Part shown: piece by piece, positions 12,543 through 24,163 of the stretch
Numbering within the stretch: position 1 is the first letter of the stretch
Layout of the letters: each line of letters opens with the position of its first letter
NCBI RefSeq assembly: GCF_006345805.1
Contig: NC_043006.1
Span: 16,864,001-16,928,000 of the forward strand
Length of the DNA stretch: 64,000 nucleotides
Source of the DNA: Octopus sinensis
Taxonomy: Eukaryota
Direction of reading: 5' to 3'
Translations under genes and position numbers: made by a program
Notes under the pieces: model-generated
What the model saw: the letters and a program-made list of their open reading frames with translations, nothing else
Databases searched by the model: none
Told to the model about the DNA's origin: nothing

Positions 12543-14278
12543 ATACCATAATATATTAGGTTATATTGCAGTCATAGGAATGGCTGTGTGGTTAAGAAGT
12601 TCACTTCCCACCTGCATGATTTCAGGTTCATTATTTGCGTGACACCTTAGCTAAATGTCTTCAAGTATAGCCCTGAGCCAACCAATGCCTTATGAGTAGA
12701 TTTTGTAGATGTAAACTGAAAGAAGCCCATCATATGTGTATATGAGGAGAAGGTGGATATGTGTTTGTCTCCTCATCTTGACAACAAATGATAATTGTAA
12801 ATGAGCATCATCATCATCATCATCATACAAGTGGCACCCAAATCCAGTCTATTGTGAAAACCTGTCTGGCCATGGGGAAATATTACCTTGTTTAGAAACA
12901 AGGTGAGGGTTGGTGACCAGAAGGGTATCCAATCATAGGAAATCTGCCTCAAAGAATTCCATCTGACCCATGCAAGCATGGAAAAATGGATGCTAAAAGA
13001 ATGATGATGAGGATTCACCAGCTTCAAACACTATGAAGAAGTACATTTCCATATTAGCTTTGGTTAGATTGTCAGAGCCAAAATATTTGCAAGAATTGTT
13101 TATTGGTTAACTAGCTAAATATTACTAATTTCTGGCTTGCATATTAAGATGCTGAATTCTATAAGTTCTCAAGAAGTATAGCTATCAAAGCAAGTTCAAG
13201 TAATGATTTTTAGAGTCCAATACATTAACAACTGAAAACTGAGAGATAAAGAACATGCTCAAAGCAATATCAGCAACAGAACTTCTATAGCAATAAGTTT
13301 CTCAGGAAATGGAATCTATAACCTAGTTTCAATACCTCTAGTTATTGCAGTCAAGTACAAAGCAAAAGTATCGACTCATGTTTTTTGTAGGAATTCAACA
13401 TGAGAATTCCAAATTCTGCAATTTATAGCTCAGAAGTTGATTCACTTGAATTTTTTCTTCAACTAATCCAAAACAAAAAGGGACCCATTTGGTTCAACAT
13501 CAATTTTTAATGACTGATTACTTTCATCAACACCATGATCACAGCTTCCTTTCTATGCCATTAATGTATGAATTTATAACTCCCACCACCACCACTATAA
13601 CCTACCCTTTCTACTTTATTTAGACAATGTCATGTTGATATTTGTAGCTAAACATTCATAAATCAATATATTGTGAATACATTATTAGTAGCTGCAATTC
13701 TTAACCTAATTTCTTATATAAATGTCCAACTGCAGAGCTAATTCATTTAGCTTGTTTTGAGGGAATAAAAAAAGATTTAGGATATAGTGTTCAATATAGA
13801 TTTATCTAATGCTTCTTCAGGGCAGCTTTATAAAACTTCAATATGTACCATGTCATACAGTATCATCTAATAAATATTTCATGTGTTGTGGTTTTCAGCA
13901 ACGACCTGTTAAATCTTTTATTAAGCAGCCTGATCTAAATATAAACCATACCAACTAAAATACAAAGGGTTTTCTTATAGTGCTAGCTTTCAAAATGAAC
14001 ACCACTGGTGTGTTGAAGTTCAAGACACCTGTATACATGTGCAAAATACATAATTGTACAAAACCTGTTAAACAGAAGACTTCATCTAATTGTCAATGGC
14101 TTTCATTATTCAAACAAAATCGATACAGAGATCAATTAAACAAAAACTACCATCATCAGTAATTAATCTACAGTTAAAGATCTTTAATTTGAGCTTAGAT
14201 ATCATCAATGTTTTAGATATCATCAATGTGTTAGAAACTTCAATGTAGTGGCTTTCAATGATAAAGAAAAGTTTGTAA

Positions 14279-14449
14279 ATCATCATCATCATGATCGTTT
14301 AACGTCTGTTTTTCGTGCTAGCATGGGTTGGACGGTTCGACCGGGGTCTGAGAAGCCAGAGGCTGCACCAGGCTCCAGTCTGATCTGGCAGTGTTTCTAC
14401 AGCTGGATGCCCTTCCTAACGCCAACCACTCTGTGAGTGTAGTGGGTGC
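14279..14449 (-). mobile_element. RTE LINE 3' end (short)
   Basis: catcatcatc...gtgggtgct, same family as 5404-5652. Confidence 0.8.
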
Positions 14450-14496
14450 TATGCTTTTGAAAACTCGATAAATAAAATTTATGGCCAGTATATTAA

Positions 14497-14804
14497 CCCC
14501 TTACCCGGCAGAAACGAATATATGCGTTTTGACCGAAATCGTTTTTCTCTATCTCTGGCGAGTTAACTCGTCAAAAGATAGACTCGCCAAAATCGACAGC
14601 AAACGAGTTCCTTCGTCTAAAAACAGGTTAACTCGTTTCTGCCCAAAGCGGTAATTTAAAATCAATATCATTAAATTAAAATTCATAATAAATAAGGTTT
14701 GAAATATACCTCAAAATCACCATTCAAAACATAGTAAAATAAAACAATTAAAAAATATGTCTGAAAAAATACATTTATTTTCAAAATAATTGTTGGGTAA
14801 GGGG
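14497..14804. mobile_element. TTAA-flanked piggyBac-type MITE, family C (308 bp)
   Basis: TTAA|CCCCTTACCC ... GGGTAAGGGG|TTAA: perfect 10-bp TIR with TTAA on both sides. Confidence 0.8.
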
Positions 14805-15142
14805 TTAATGACCAGAATATTAGAGTTAGCAAATGGAAATATTTTATGGAGACCAAACAACAGAGAAACACAAATGCCTTACATCCCTTCGCATTCTGAT
14901 CTCAAACTCCACAGAGTTAACATTACTGTTCATTTTTGTTAGGTCAAGAAGTATCAGTAATATAATGAAATCAATTCCACTGTACCAGGAACATACTGGG
15001 ATCAATTTCAATCGTGATAGCCCAACTGTCAAAATATGTCAGTTTGTGTTTATATGAAGAAATCAGTGTTTTAATAAATCAACACAAACACAATTGCTTG
15101 GCTTTAGCTGGTACAGCATCAAATAGAATGCCTTATGGTATT

Positions 15143-15369
15143 TCATGCCGGTGGCACGTAAAAAACACCATCCGAGCGTGGCCGTTCGCCAGCCTCGTCT
15201 AGCACCTGTGTCGGTGGCACAAAAAGCACCCACTACACTCACGGAGTGGTTGGCGTTAGGAAGGACATCCAGCTGTAGAAACACTGCCAGATCTGACTTC
15301 CCAGACCCCAGTTGAACCGTCCAACCCATGCTAGCATGGAAAGCGGACGTTAAACGATGATGATGATGA
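15143..15369 (+). mobile_element. RTE LINE 3' end with (GAT)n tail
   Basis: Same 3' UTR family. Confidence 0.8.
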
Positions 15370-15564
15370 CTACACTCTCACTTCAACTCCCACTGAGGTC
15401 AACTTTACTTTTTATTCATTCAGGGTGAAAATCCACAAACAGGGGAAATATAACTGATACCAAATACCAAAACCTGGGAACTACAAAATAGGGTTTGGAA
15501 CTTAATCAAGAATTAAGGGTCAATTCTTCTACCTTGCTTGTTTGCTCTCAGAATCAGAGAAAGG

Positions 15565-15965
15565 TCAAGCAAGTTCTCTCTGGCACAAAAATTAAGTGAG
15601 TCACAAAGTTCTCTATTGACAAGCTCCAAACTTTTGTGAATAGATGTCCCGGGATCTTCCTTCAATTGAGATGGCAAAACAGACTCACAAAACCTTGTGG
15701 GAACAGGTATACCAGCGACGTAAACTAAATCAGGAAGAGAAAATGGGGCTAACCAAGACACACTCTATGGAAACCTGTTAGCAAGCCCTTCAATGGACAC
15801 ACTCAAGAGAGAAAGAAGCATGGCAGACCAAAACTGTGGAGAAGATTCACTAAAACTGAAGCACAGGCAGGCAGCTACAACTGGGGACAACTTCAATTCA
15901 TTGCTAAAGATTAAGACATGGAGATAGATCTTTTGTTGGCACCCTATGTTCCACATAGAGTCAGA
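15565..15965 (+). pseudogene. Degenerate C-terminal ORF fragment of a second RTE-clade LINE family
   Basis: Broken translation gives KLQTFVNRC, RWQ, HTL, GRPKLWRR, NWGQLQFIAKD, matching the RTE C-terminal pattern KLQTFINRCLRRI..IRW...WIGHTLRK...GRPK.TWRR...W......AQDR. Confidence 0.7.
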
Positions 15966-16033
15966 GAAATTAAGTAATTCCAAAAAGGAAAAGATCTGCC
16001 AAAACCCACTTAAAATACAATGACATAACACTA

Positions 16034-16430
16034 ATCATCATCATCATCGTTAACATCCGCTTTCCATGCTAGTACGGGTTGGACGATTTTGACTGAGGGC
16101 TAGCGAACCAGATGGCTGCACCAGGCTCCAACCTTGATCTGGCAGGGTTTCTACAGCTGGATGCCCTTCCTAATGCCAACAACTCCGAGAGTGTAGCGGG
16201 TGCTTTTATGTGCCACCGGCATGGGGCCAGTCAGGCGGTACTGGCAACAACCTCGCTCGAATCTTTACACGTGCACCGGCACAAGTACCAGTGAAGCGAC
16301 GTTGGTAACGATCACGCTCGAATAGTGCCCTTTTACGTGCCATGGGTACGGAAGCCAGTTAGCTGCTCTGGCAATGATCACGCTCGGATTGGCACCCTAC
16401 CAGCACATGCACAAGTGCCAGTAAGGCAAT
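16034..16430 (-). mobile_element. RTE LINE 3' end, subfamily with several hairpin modules
   Basis: catcatcatcatcgttaacatccgctttccatgc... followed by gtgccaccggca modules. Confidence 0.8.
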
Positions 16431-16859
16431 GATGATATCAAAGTTTCGAATGTGCCTGGTTTGAAAAGAAAGATAGCAGCTGAGAATTAAATGTATTGGA
16501 AGAGTGAAGAGCTGTATATGTCACAAAGATTATAACTATAGCAATTGCTGTAAAAGGGTATCTGTTGATAGCTACAGCAACATCAGCTTCACACAACTTG
16601 AAACACAATCAATATCAACAGCAACAACATGAGAAGCTGCACTAAATGGGAAATTAGCCAAACACATAACAAATAGAAATGATGATCGGGCAAGACTAGA
16701 CACATGCCAGAAGACTTAGAACAAAGGAACAAAAACAAAAAAAGCAGTAAAGTGTTTGTCGTGATGGCTAAAAGATGTCTATTAACAACACAGGTTTACA
16801 GAAGATTAATTTAAATGTAGCAGGTGCAAGCACACATATGTATGAGATGTATATACATA

Positions 16860-16909
16860 CATGTATACATATCCTCACACTCACGCACATACATGTCCAC
16901 CCACACTCA

Positions 16910-16953
<44 letters not shown>

Positions 16954-17149
16954 TATCCACACACACACACATATCCAAGCACACTCACTCACACACATAT
17001 CCAAGCACACTCACTCACACACATATCCAAGCACACTCACTCACACACATATCCAAGCACACTCACTCACACACATATCCAAGCACACTCTCACACACAT
17101 ATCCAAGCACACTCTCACACACATATCCAAACACATACATATCCACACA

Positions 17150-17188
<39 letters not shown>

Positions 17189-17420
17189 TATCCACACACA
17201 CACACATACATATCCACACACACACACACACACACACATATCCAAGCACACTCACTCACACACATATCCAAGCACACTCACTCACACACATATCCAAGCA
17301 CACTCACTCACACACATATCCAAGCACACTCTCACACACATATCCAAGCACACTCTCACACACATATCCAAACACATACATATCCACACACACACACACA
17401 CACACACATATTTATCTATA
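16860..17420. repeat. Compound CA-rich minisatellite (about 26-bp and 24-bp units, CACACT[CA]CTCACACACATATCCAAG) in two higher-order blocks
   Basis: Read directly; explains the His/Thr-rich ORFs in the track. Confidence 0.9.
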
Positions 17421-17422
17421 TA

Positions 17423-18440
17423 CAGGGTGCATAAGGTATTTGAGAACATACTTTTTTGGGGTCATTGCTGCATTTTTTGCTAACTCTGTATAATCCTTGT
17501 TTCAGAAAATAATAATGGCAGACCTTCAGCTTACTCAAGAAATGAAGAGGCATGCTGTTATTGTGGTTATAAAGGCTGAGCATAGCTATTTAGAAATATC
17601 TCACTTTTTAAAAGTTGCCAGATCTTTCGTCTACGAAGTTTGTCCAGTAAGTTCAACAGACCATTGATTACAACCCCAGAAAGTGCCATGAGGTCAATTG
17701 CAACAGATCTCCATGTGTCAGAAGGTACAGTCAAAAATGTTGTACACGAAGACATCAGATATAAGTTTTATATCATGAGAAAAGGTCAATTTGTCAGAAA
17801 AAGCAAAAGAAACTCACTATATCAAATGTAAAAGGCTCTTAAACAAATTGAAAAATTCAGCAGAAGATTTGATTTAGTTTTTCTCAAACAAGAAAAACTT
17901 TGACCAAGATCAAAAAGTTAATAGAAGAAATGACAGTTATGCGCAGACCCTTCTGAAATTCCAAGTGTTATGCATACAAAATTTCCTGCAACTGTCATAG
18001 TTTTAGGGGTTGTCAACAATGAAGATGTGATACTTCCTTCTTTCCACAAGGCCTTAGAGTTAACTCTGCCACCTACATTGAGGTCCTGGAAATCATTGTT
18101 AAGCCCTGGATAAACAGTGTATGCAATGGAAAGCCATATGTGTTTCAGTAAGACTCTGCACTATCACACATGGCTCTAGTAACATAGCAATGGATGGCTG
18201 AAAATTTTCATGATCACACAACCCCTAACATTTGGCCTCCTAATTCCCCAGATCTCAATCCATTGGACAAATACATGTGGAGCATTGTTGAGAGAGAGGT
18301 CAATGAACATGCCCATAACACCAAAGATTCTTTGAAAGCTGCCATAGTCAGAGAAGTGTCCAAAATGAACCAGGACCACTCAAGTTAAGCATGTAGATGA
18401 TCTCAATCTCATATAGAAGCAGTTGTTGAAACTGAAGTTT
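17423..18440 (+). mobile_element. Decayed maT-type (DD37D) Tc1/mariner-superfamily transposon, right end missing
   Basis: TA|CAGGGTG left end; remnants MRSIATDLHVSEGTVKNVVHED, FFS..KNFDQDQKVNRRND and YVFQ*DSALSH...WPPNSPDLNPLDKYMW, with 37 residues between the last two Asp; stops and frameshifts. Confidence 0.85.
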
Positions 18441-18820
18441 ATATATATACATACATACACACACACATATATGACAACCAAATCTACTTATAAGAATATA
18501 GTAGAAGACACACACATGAGCTATCACCCAGTGAGCCTGAACCCAAGGCTACATGGTTGTGAAACAAGCTCCTCGGCCACAGAGCCAAACCTACACCATA
18601 ACATTAAAGAAAAAAAACTGTTTCTTACAACATACAATTATTTTGAAAGTTTAATTGAAAAATGATTGCTTTAGACAAAGGTGGTCTCATATTGACTAAT
18701 AGTCGGAAGATTACAATACTAAATGAAGTTTTTGGTGTTACCCCCATGACTCAGTAAGTTAAATGAGCCTTAAGAATGAGTCAATACTCAGAAGTAATAA
18801 GAGATTACATCTTTACTCAC

Positions 18821-18994
18821 CCGAATAGGAAGCAAATCTCTGCTGTCGACGTTATCAATATATTTTTTGGTGCCCATTACTTGAAGACAACATTTCACCG
18901 TCATGTCTTGAACATAGCCTCTTTGGCTATCTTCTCCCTGAATCAGACGGCGAACACAATCTCCAGGCATTAAAGAACGGTCCGCCAAAATAAG
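18821..18994 (-). CDS. UBE2O: UBE2O-like coding exon 2 (58 aa, LILADRSLMPGDCVRR...DLLPIR)
   Basis: Acceptor tcttttttacttgcag|CTT and donor CGG|GTGAGT, phase 0/0, 174 nt. Peptide resembles UBE2O LKLEDRSVVPRDVVR...DSQCGTV.DV...C...N...VNSKDL, and joins exon 1 as ECK|LILADRS (cf. ETK|LKLEDRS). Confidence 0.92.
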
Positions 18995-19534
18995 CTGCAA
19001 GTAAAAAAGAAAGAGATGTAAATGTCTGAAGAATGTGAGAGCATTTAGATATCAGTTCTCTGAAATACAAATAATTTTTGGAGAAATATTCTGTTAAGAA
19101 ACTGAATACAATTATTTTTAAACGTAGAAGATATAAGTTTTATATCATGAGAAAAGGTCAATTTGTCAGAAAAAGCAAAAGAAACTCACTACATCAGATG
19201 TAAAAGGCTCTTAAACAAATTGAAAAATTCAGCAGAAGAAGATTTGATTTAGTTTATTAGTCATACTCCTCCACCACTCTTAAACTACCTCCAATGCCCT
19301 TATGATAAAGCGGAAGACAAGCGTAGGGAGATAAAGTTCAAGACTAAAAGCTATCCATTTTATAAACTGTACCCAGATTTTATATCCATCGTTGATTTTT
19401 TTCGTTTTGCGATACAGTTATTGAATGAAACAGAATTACTGTATTTACTATCAAATAATGCAATCCAGTATTTTACAAAATGAAAATAAAGCCGTGCACA
19501 TTTATACTTTACACATTCATGAATAGTCAAACAT

Positions 19535-19926
19535 GGAAGACCCTTTTGGCGATATGCTGAGCTTAAGAATTCTCAAGCCAAGTGAAATTGTAATTGTGGC
19601 TGATGCCAGTACCATTTGGCTGGCACGCAAAAAGCACTGTTCAAGCATTGGGCCTCAAGGAAGCAACAACAGGTGACTGAGACCTTTTAGTGATATACCA
19701 TGTTTGAGAAGGCCTGTCAAGCCAAGTGAGTTCATAGTTGTGGCTAATGCCAGTGTCACATCAATGGCACCTGTGCCAGTGGAACATAAAAAGCACCCAC
19801 TATGCTCTTGGAGTGGTTGGCAATAGAAACCATGCCAAAACAGAATGGAACCTGGTGCAGCCCCCAGTTTTCAGTCAAACCATCCAACCCATGCCAGCAT
19901 GGAAAGTAGACATTAAATGATGATGG
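19535..19926 (+). mobile_element. RTE LINE 3' UTR, degenerate
   Basis: gtcaagccaagtgag ... aaaagcacccact ... ccaacccatgccagcatggaaagtagacattaaatgatgatg. Confidence 0.75.
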
Positions 19927-20285
19927 AAAGACCTTTGCTGCAGTAACTATCTCAGGAAAGGGATTCTCCTTATAGACAATGCGTATAGAGCAGGGCCATA
20001 AATGACATTGGACTGTAAGACATGCATTCCAGCTTTGTTATACTTCATCAACTACTGACACACCAAATCTATCATCCTTCATAGCCCACTAATAAATAAC
20101 TGGCCTTCTTATATGTAAAAAAAAAAAGCAAATAATAAATTTGGTAGCATGTACAAGGTTTTGTCAAACTGGAATTAATTCATTAGAAGCACTCAGCAGC
20201 AAAGACTGAAGCTGTGTACATTTTATATTCAGCATGTTCATGTAGATACAAATGTAGAAAGACCTTTGTAGTAGTCATTGTATCA

Positions 20286-21020
20286 GAAGAGAAGCTTTGG
20301 TTGGCCTGAAGACACCATATGTATGTGAGAATGCACCAAGCTGGGCCATGAATGACATCCCTGGACTGTAAAACATGTCTGAGTTTATTAGTCATACCCC
20401 ACCACCACTCTTAAACTACCTCCAATACCCTTGAAGAGAAGCTTTGGTTGGCCCAAAGACACCATATGTATGTGAGAATACACCAAGCTGGGCCATGAAT
20501 GACATCCCTGGACTGTAAAACATGTCTGAGTTTATTAGTCATACCTCACCACCACTCTTAAACTACCTCCAATACCCTTGAAGAGAAGCTTTGGTTGGCC
20601 CAAAGACACCATATGTATGTGAGAATACACCAAGCTGGGCCATGAATGACATCCCTGGACTGTAAAACATGTCTGAGTTTATTAGTCATACCCCACCACC
20701 ACTCTTAAACTACCTCCAATACCCTTGAAGAGAAGCTTTGGTTGGCCCAAAGACACCATATGTATGTGAGAATACACCAAGCTGGGCCATGAATGACATC
20801 CCTGGACTGTAAAATATGTCTGAGTTTATTAGTCATACTCCTCCACCACTCTTAAACTACCTCCAATACCCTTGAAGAGAAGCTTTGGTTGGCCCAAAGA
20901 CACCATATGTATGTGAGAATACACCAAGCTGGGCCATGAATGACATCCCTGGACTGTAAAATATGTCTGAGTTTATTAGTCATACTCCTCCACCACTCTT
21001 AAACTACCTCCAATGCCCTT
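20286..21020. repeat. Tandem array of five 147-bp units
   Basis: GAAGAGAAGC starts at 20286, 20433, 20580, 20727 and 20874; units differ by only a few substitutions. Confidence 0.95.
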
Positions 21021-21398
21021 ATGATAAAGCTGAAGACAAGCGTAGGGAGATAAAATTTAAGACTGAAAAGGAAGGAAGGTAAAAGGAAAATATTCTAATT
21101 TGTCTAAGAAAAATTTCTCAATAAATTTAGATGATTCTTTTTAAACATCTCAACAGTCTTAAGCTTGACTTCAAAACTACAAATATTTCTCTTTTACTCC
21201 AAAGTGACAAACGGTATTCAACCCAAGAGGAATAAAATCAAAAGCTACAACTAGAAAGTCGAACACACACACACACACACACACACACAATTTAAAAGGT
21301 TATTTTTTTTCTGGAAAATAGTTCAGGTGGAAAAAAAAATTACATCTTACATCAGCTTATCTTTTATCACTTTTAGAAAAATCAGGCCATGAAGAGAT

Positions 21399-21488
21399 TA
21401 CTCTTTTACTTATTTCAGTCATTTGAATGCAGCCATACTGGAGCACTGCCTTTAGCTGAACAAATCGACCCCAGGACTTATTCTTTGC

Positions 21489-21519
<31 letters not shown>

Positions 21520-21784
21520 CATGTGTGTATTTATAATATATATATACATGTATATATATGTATATATACATGTGTGCGTGTGTGTTTATATATATGTGTG
21601 AGTGTGTGTATATATACACACACACAACAGGCTTCTTTCAGTTTCCGTCTACCAAATCCACTCACAAGCCTTTGGTTGGCCTGAGGCTATAGTAGAAGAC
21701 ATTTGCCCAAGATGCCACACCATGGGTCTGAACCCAGAATCATGTGGTTGGGAAGCAAGCATCTTACCACGCAGCCACTCCTGC
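21399..21784 (-). mobile_element. SINE family 1 with an internal deletion and expanded TA/GT tract
   Basis: Tail tactcttttact...gtcattt and head ...cagccactcctgc. Confidence 0.8.
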
Positions 21785-22081
21785 ATTTATTGTTTGAAAT
21801 TAAATTGCAGATTTAATAGTTGTTTATCAAATTATTGAAGTCTTACACCTAATAACACAATTCTTTATTTTATTTATATTTCATTTATATTTATTTTATT
21901 TAGCCTTTAGGTTTTTATTTTTAGCCACAGGACTTCATCATCCATATACTTGTAAACTGTCCACTGAATCAGTTATTACATAGTGATGTACATTACCTTT
22001 TAACATTATTTTTATTTTCCTTCTCTTCCCATTAAAAAAAGGAGAAAAAACCCAAGTGAGAGGAACCAGAAAAGTGTTTAA

Positions 22082-22301
22082 CCCTTTTGTTAGGGTATTT
22101 ATTTTGAGACGCTCTGTGTTTCTTTCAATTACTTTAAATATAACAAAGAATTCAGTAAAATAACTTAGTTATCATTAAGCTAGTTTTAGGAACATAAATT
22201 GTGATTAAAGTTTGGTGGAAGATTTTAATTCAAAATTTGTGTAAACAAGACATTTGTACTCAGAGTCAGAGCCGGTTTCAGCCGAGTTGGTAACGAAAGG
22301 G
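22082..22301 (-). mobile_element. TTAA-flanked piggyBac-type MITE, family A (220 bp)
   Basis: TTAA|CCCTTTTGTTA ... TAACGAAAGGG|TTAA; inverse of 26111-26330. Confidence 0.85.
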
Positions 22302-22377
22302 TTAATAGAGGTAATGGTCTTGCTATGCCTTAATCCTTTGTTACCTTACCACTGTTGAAATACACTGCCTTATTACC

Positions 22378-22613
22378 TATTTCTTTAATACCCACAAGGG
22401 GCTAAACACAGAGGGGACAAACAAGGACAGACAAAGGGATTAAGTCGATTATATCGACCCCAGTGCGTAACAGGTACTTTTTTTAATCGACCCCGAAAGG
22501 ATGAAAGGCAAAGTCGACCTCGGCGGAATTTGAACTCAGAACGTAACGGCAGACGAAATACCGCTAAGAATTTCGCCCAGCATGCTAACGTTTCTGCCAG
22601 CTCACCGCCTTCA
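22378..22613 (-). mobile_element. SINE family 2, full length, with 16-bp target-site duplication
   Basis: TSD ACACTGCCTTATTACC at 22362-22377 and 22614-22629. Confidence 0.9.
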
Positions 22614-23173
22614 ACACTGCCTTATTACCATGAGTTTGATAGGTTTTAATTCAGATCAATTTAAAATGGAGCTTGTATCGTAGAACCAGAGGTGGTCTCA
22701 AGTGAATTGGTATAAAAAGGGTTAACATTTACAGTGGCTGAATAACTGCTGGAGCAAAACTGATAATGATTAAGTAGTAGATATTTATTTATGCTGTCCA
22801 ACTGCCAAGTAATAAACATGTGTACCTTCAAATCTCTTGCTAAAAATACACAAGAGCAGTTCATATATCTTCCTCAAAATTCCATCGTGAAATGAATGAG
22901 GCTTTCAAACAGATTTAGAGATCATTATTTAGATACGGCAAAGCTAATGTTAGGATTAGGACTATCTGTATATGAGACAAACTAAAATGTCAGATTAGTA
23001 CAATGTGAGACAATGTGTTCATATAAATAGCAATTCAATGAAAATTGTAAACACCAACCAAGTATTTACATTTTTCTTTTTTTAACTGAGACACATTTTC
23101 TCATTTATGAAAATGTCATTAGCAGTTTAACAGCTGTTTTGGCTGGAGAATGTGCAAATATTAAAAAATTTAC

Positions 23174-23523
23174 ATCATCATCATCATCGTTTAACGTCCG
23201 TTTTCCGCGCTAGCACGGGTTGGACGGTTCGACCGGGGTCTGGGAAGCCAGGGGCTGCTCCAGGCTCCAGTCTGATCTGGCAGAGTTTCTACGGCTGGAT
23301 GCCCTTTCTAACGCCAACCACTCCGCGAGTGTAGTGGGTGCTTTTTACGTGCCACCTGCACAGGTGCCAGGGGTGGGGTCCGGCATCGTCCACGATCGGT
23401 TGGAGCTTTTAACGTGCCAGCGGCACGGAAGCCAGCCAAGGCGGTGCTGGCAACGTTCAGATGGTGCTTTTTATGTGCCACTGGCACAGAAGCCAGTCGG
23501 GGCGGCGCTGGCATTGGCCACGT
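23174..23523 (-). mobile_element. RTE LINE 3' end with three hairpin modules
   Basis: catcatcatcatcatcgtttaacgtccg... plus three ggtgc/ggagc-tttt-a(c/t)gtgcca units. Confidence 0.8.
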
Positions 23524-23590
23524 TTCCATTTATGTAAAACGAAAAAAAATTAATAAGTAAAAGATAGTTGACCAATACTGATAAAATATA

Positions 23591-24156
23591 TTGGGTTGTC
23601 CGGAAAGTTCGTGCCGATTTATAGTAGCTTACCTTTCAACTTATTTTAGAACATGGTTGAGTCCATAAAATAGGATTTGACTACACCTCCATTTAGAGCA
23701 CAGTTTAAACTATCTTTTCGTGGAAGAAGGTTTATGTTCCTATAACCTATGTTAATTCTGTAACCCTTTAAAATGGAAGATAAGAAAGTTCATTTTCAGC
23801 ACTTGATGCTTTGGGAACCAGACAAAAATTGCTGCAGCTCGTTTGGGATGTGTTACCCCACCCTCCATATTCACCAGATATTGCTCCTTCAGATTTCCAC
23901 TTATTCAGGTCTCTGCAGAACAGTCTTAATGGTAAAAATTTCAATTCCTTGGATAACGTAAAAAGATACCTTGATGAATTCTTTGCCATGAAAACACCTC
24001 AATACTGGGAAGAGGGTATTTTCAAGTCAAAAGAAAGATGGAGATGCATTGTGCAACAAAACGGTTCATATTTGGTTGATTAAAAATGTAATGGCAAATA
24101 TTCATTGACCTTTTTCTTTCCTTTAAAAATCGGCACAAACTTTCCGGACAAACCAA
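23591..24156 (+). mobile_element. Internally deleted mariner (DD34D-type) element, 566 bp
   Basis: 30-bp TIRs (23591-23620 and 24127-24156, 2 mismatches), TA on both sides; 15 N-terminal codons MEDKKVHFQHLMLWE fused to the C-terminal LPHPPYSPDIAPSDFHLFRSLQNSL...WEEGI...RW....NGSY. Confidence 0.92.
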
Positions 24157-24163
24157 TACTTAA

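Noticed and set aside
16768-17493. 200+ aa His/Thr or Cys/Val ORFs
   Set aside because: Translations of the CA minisatellite.
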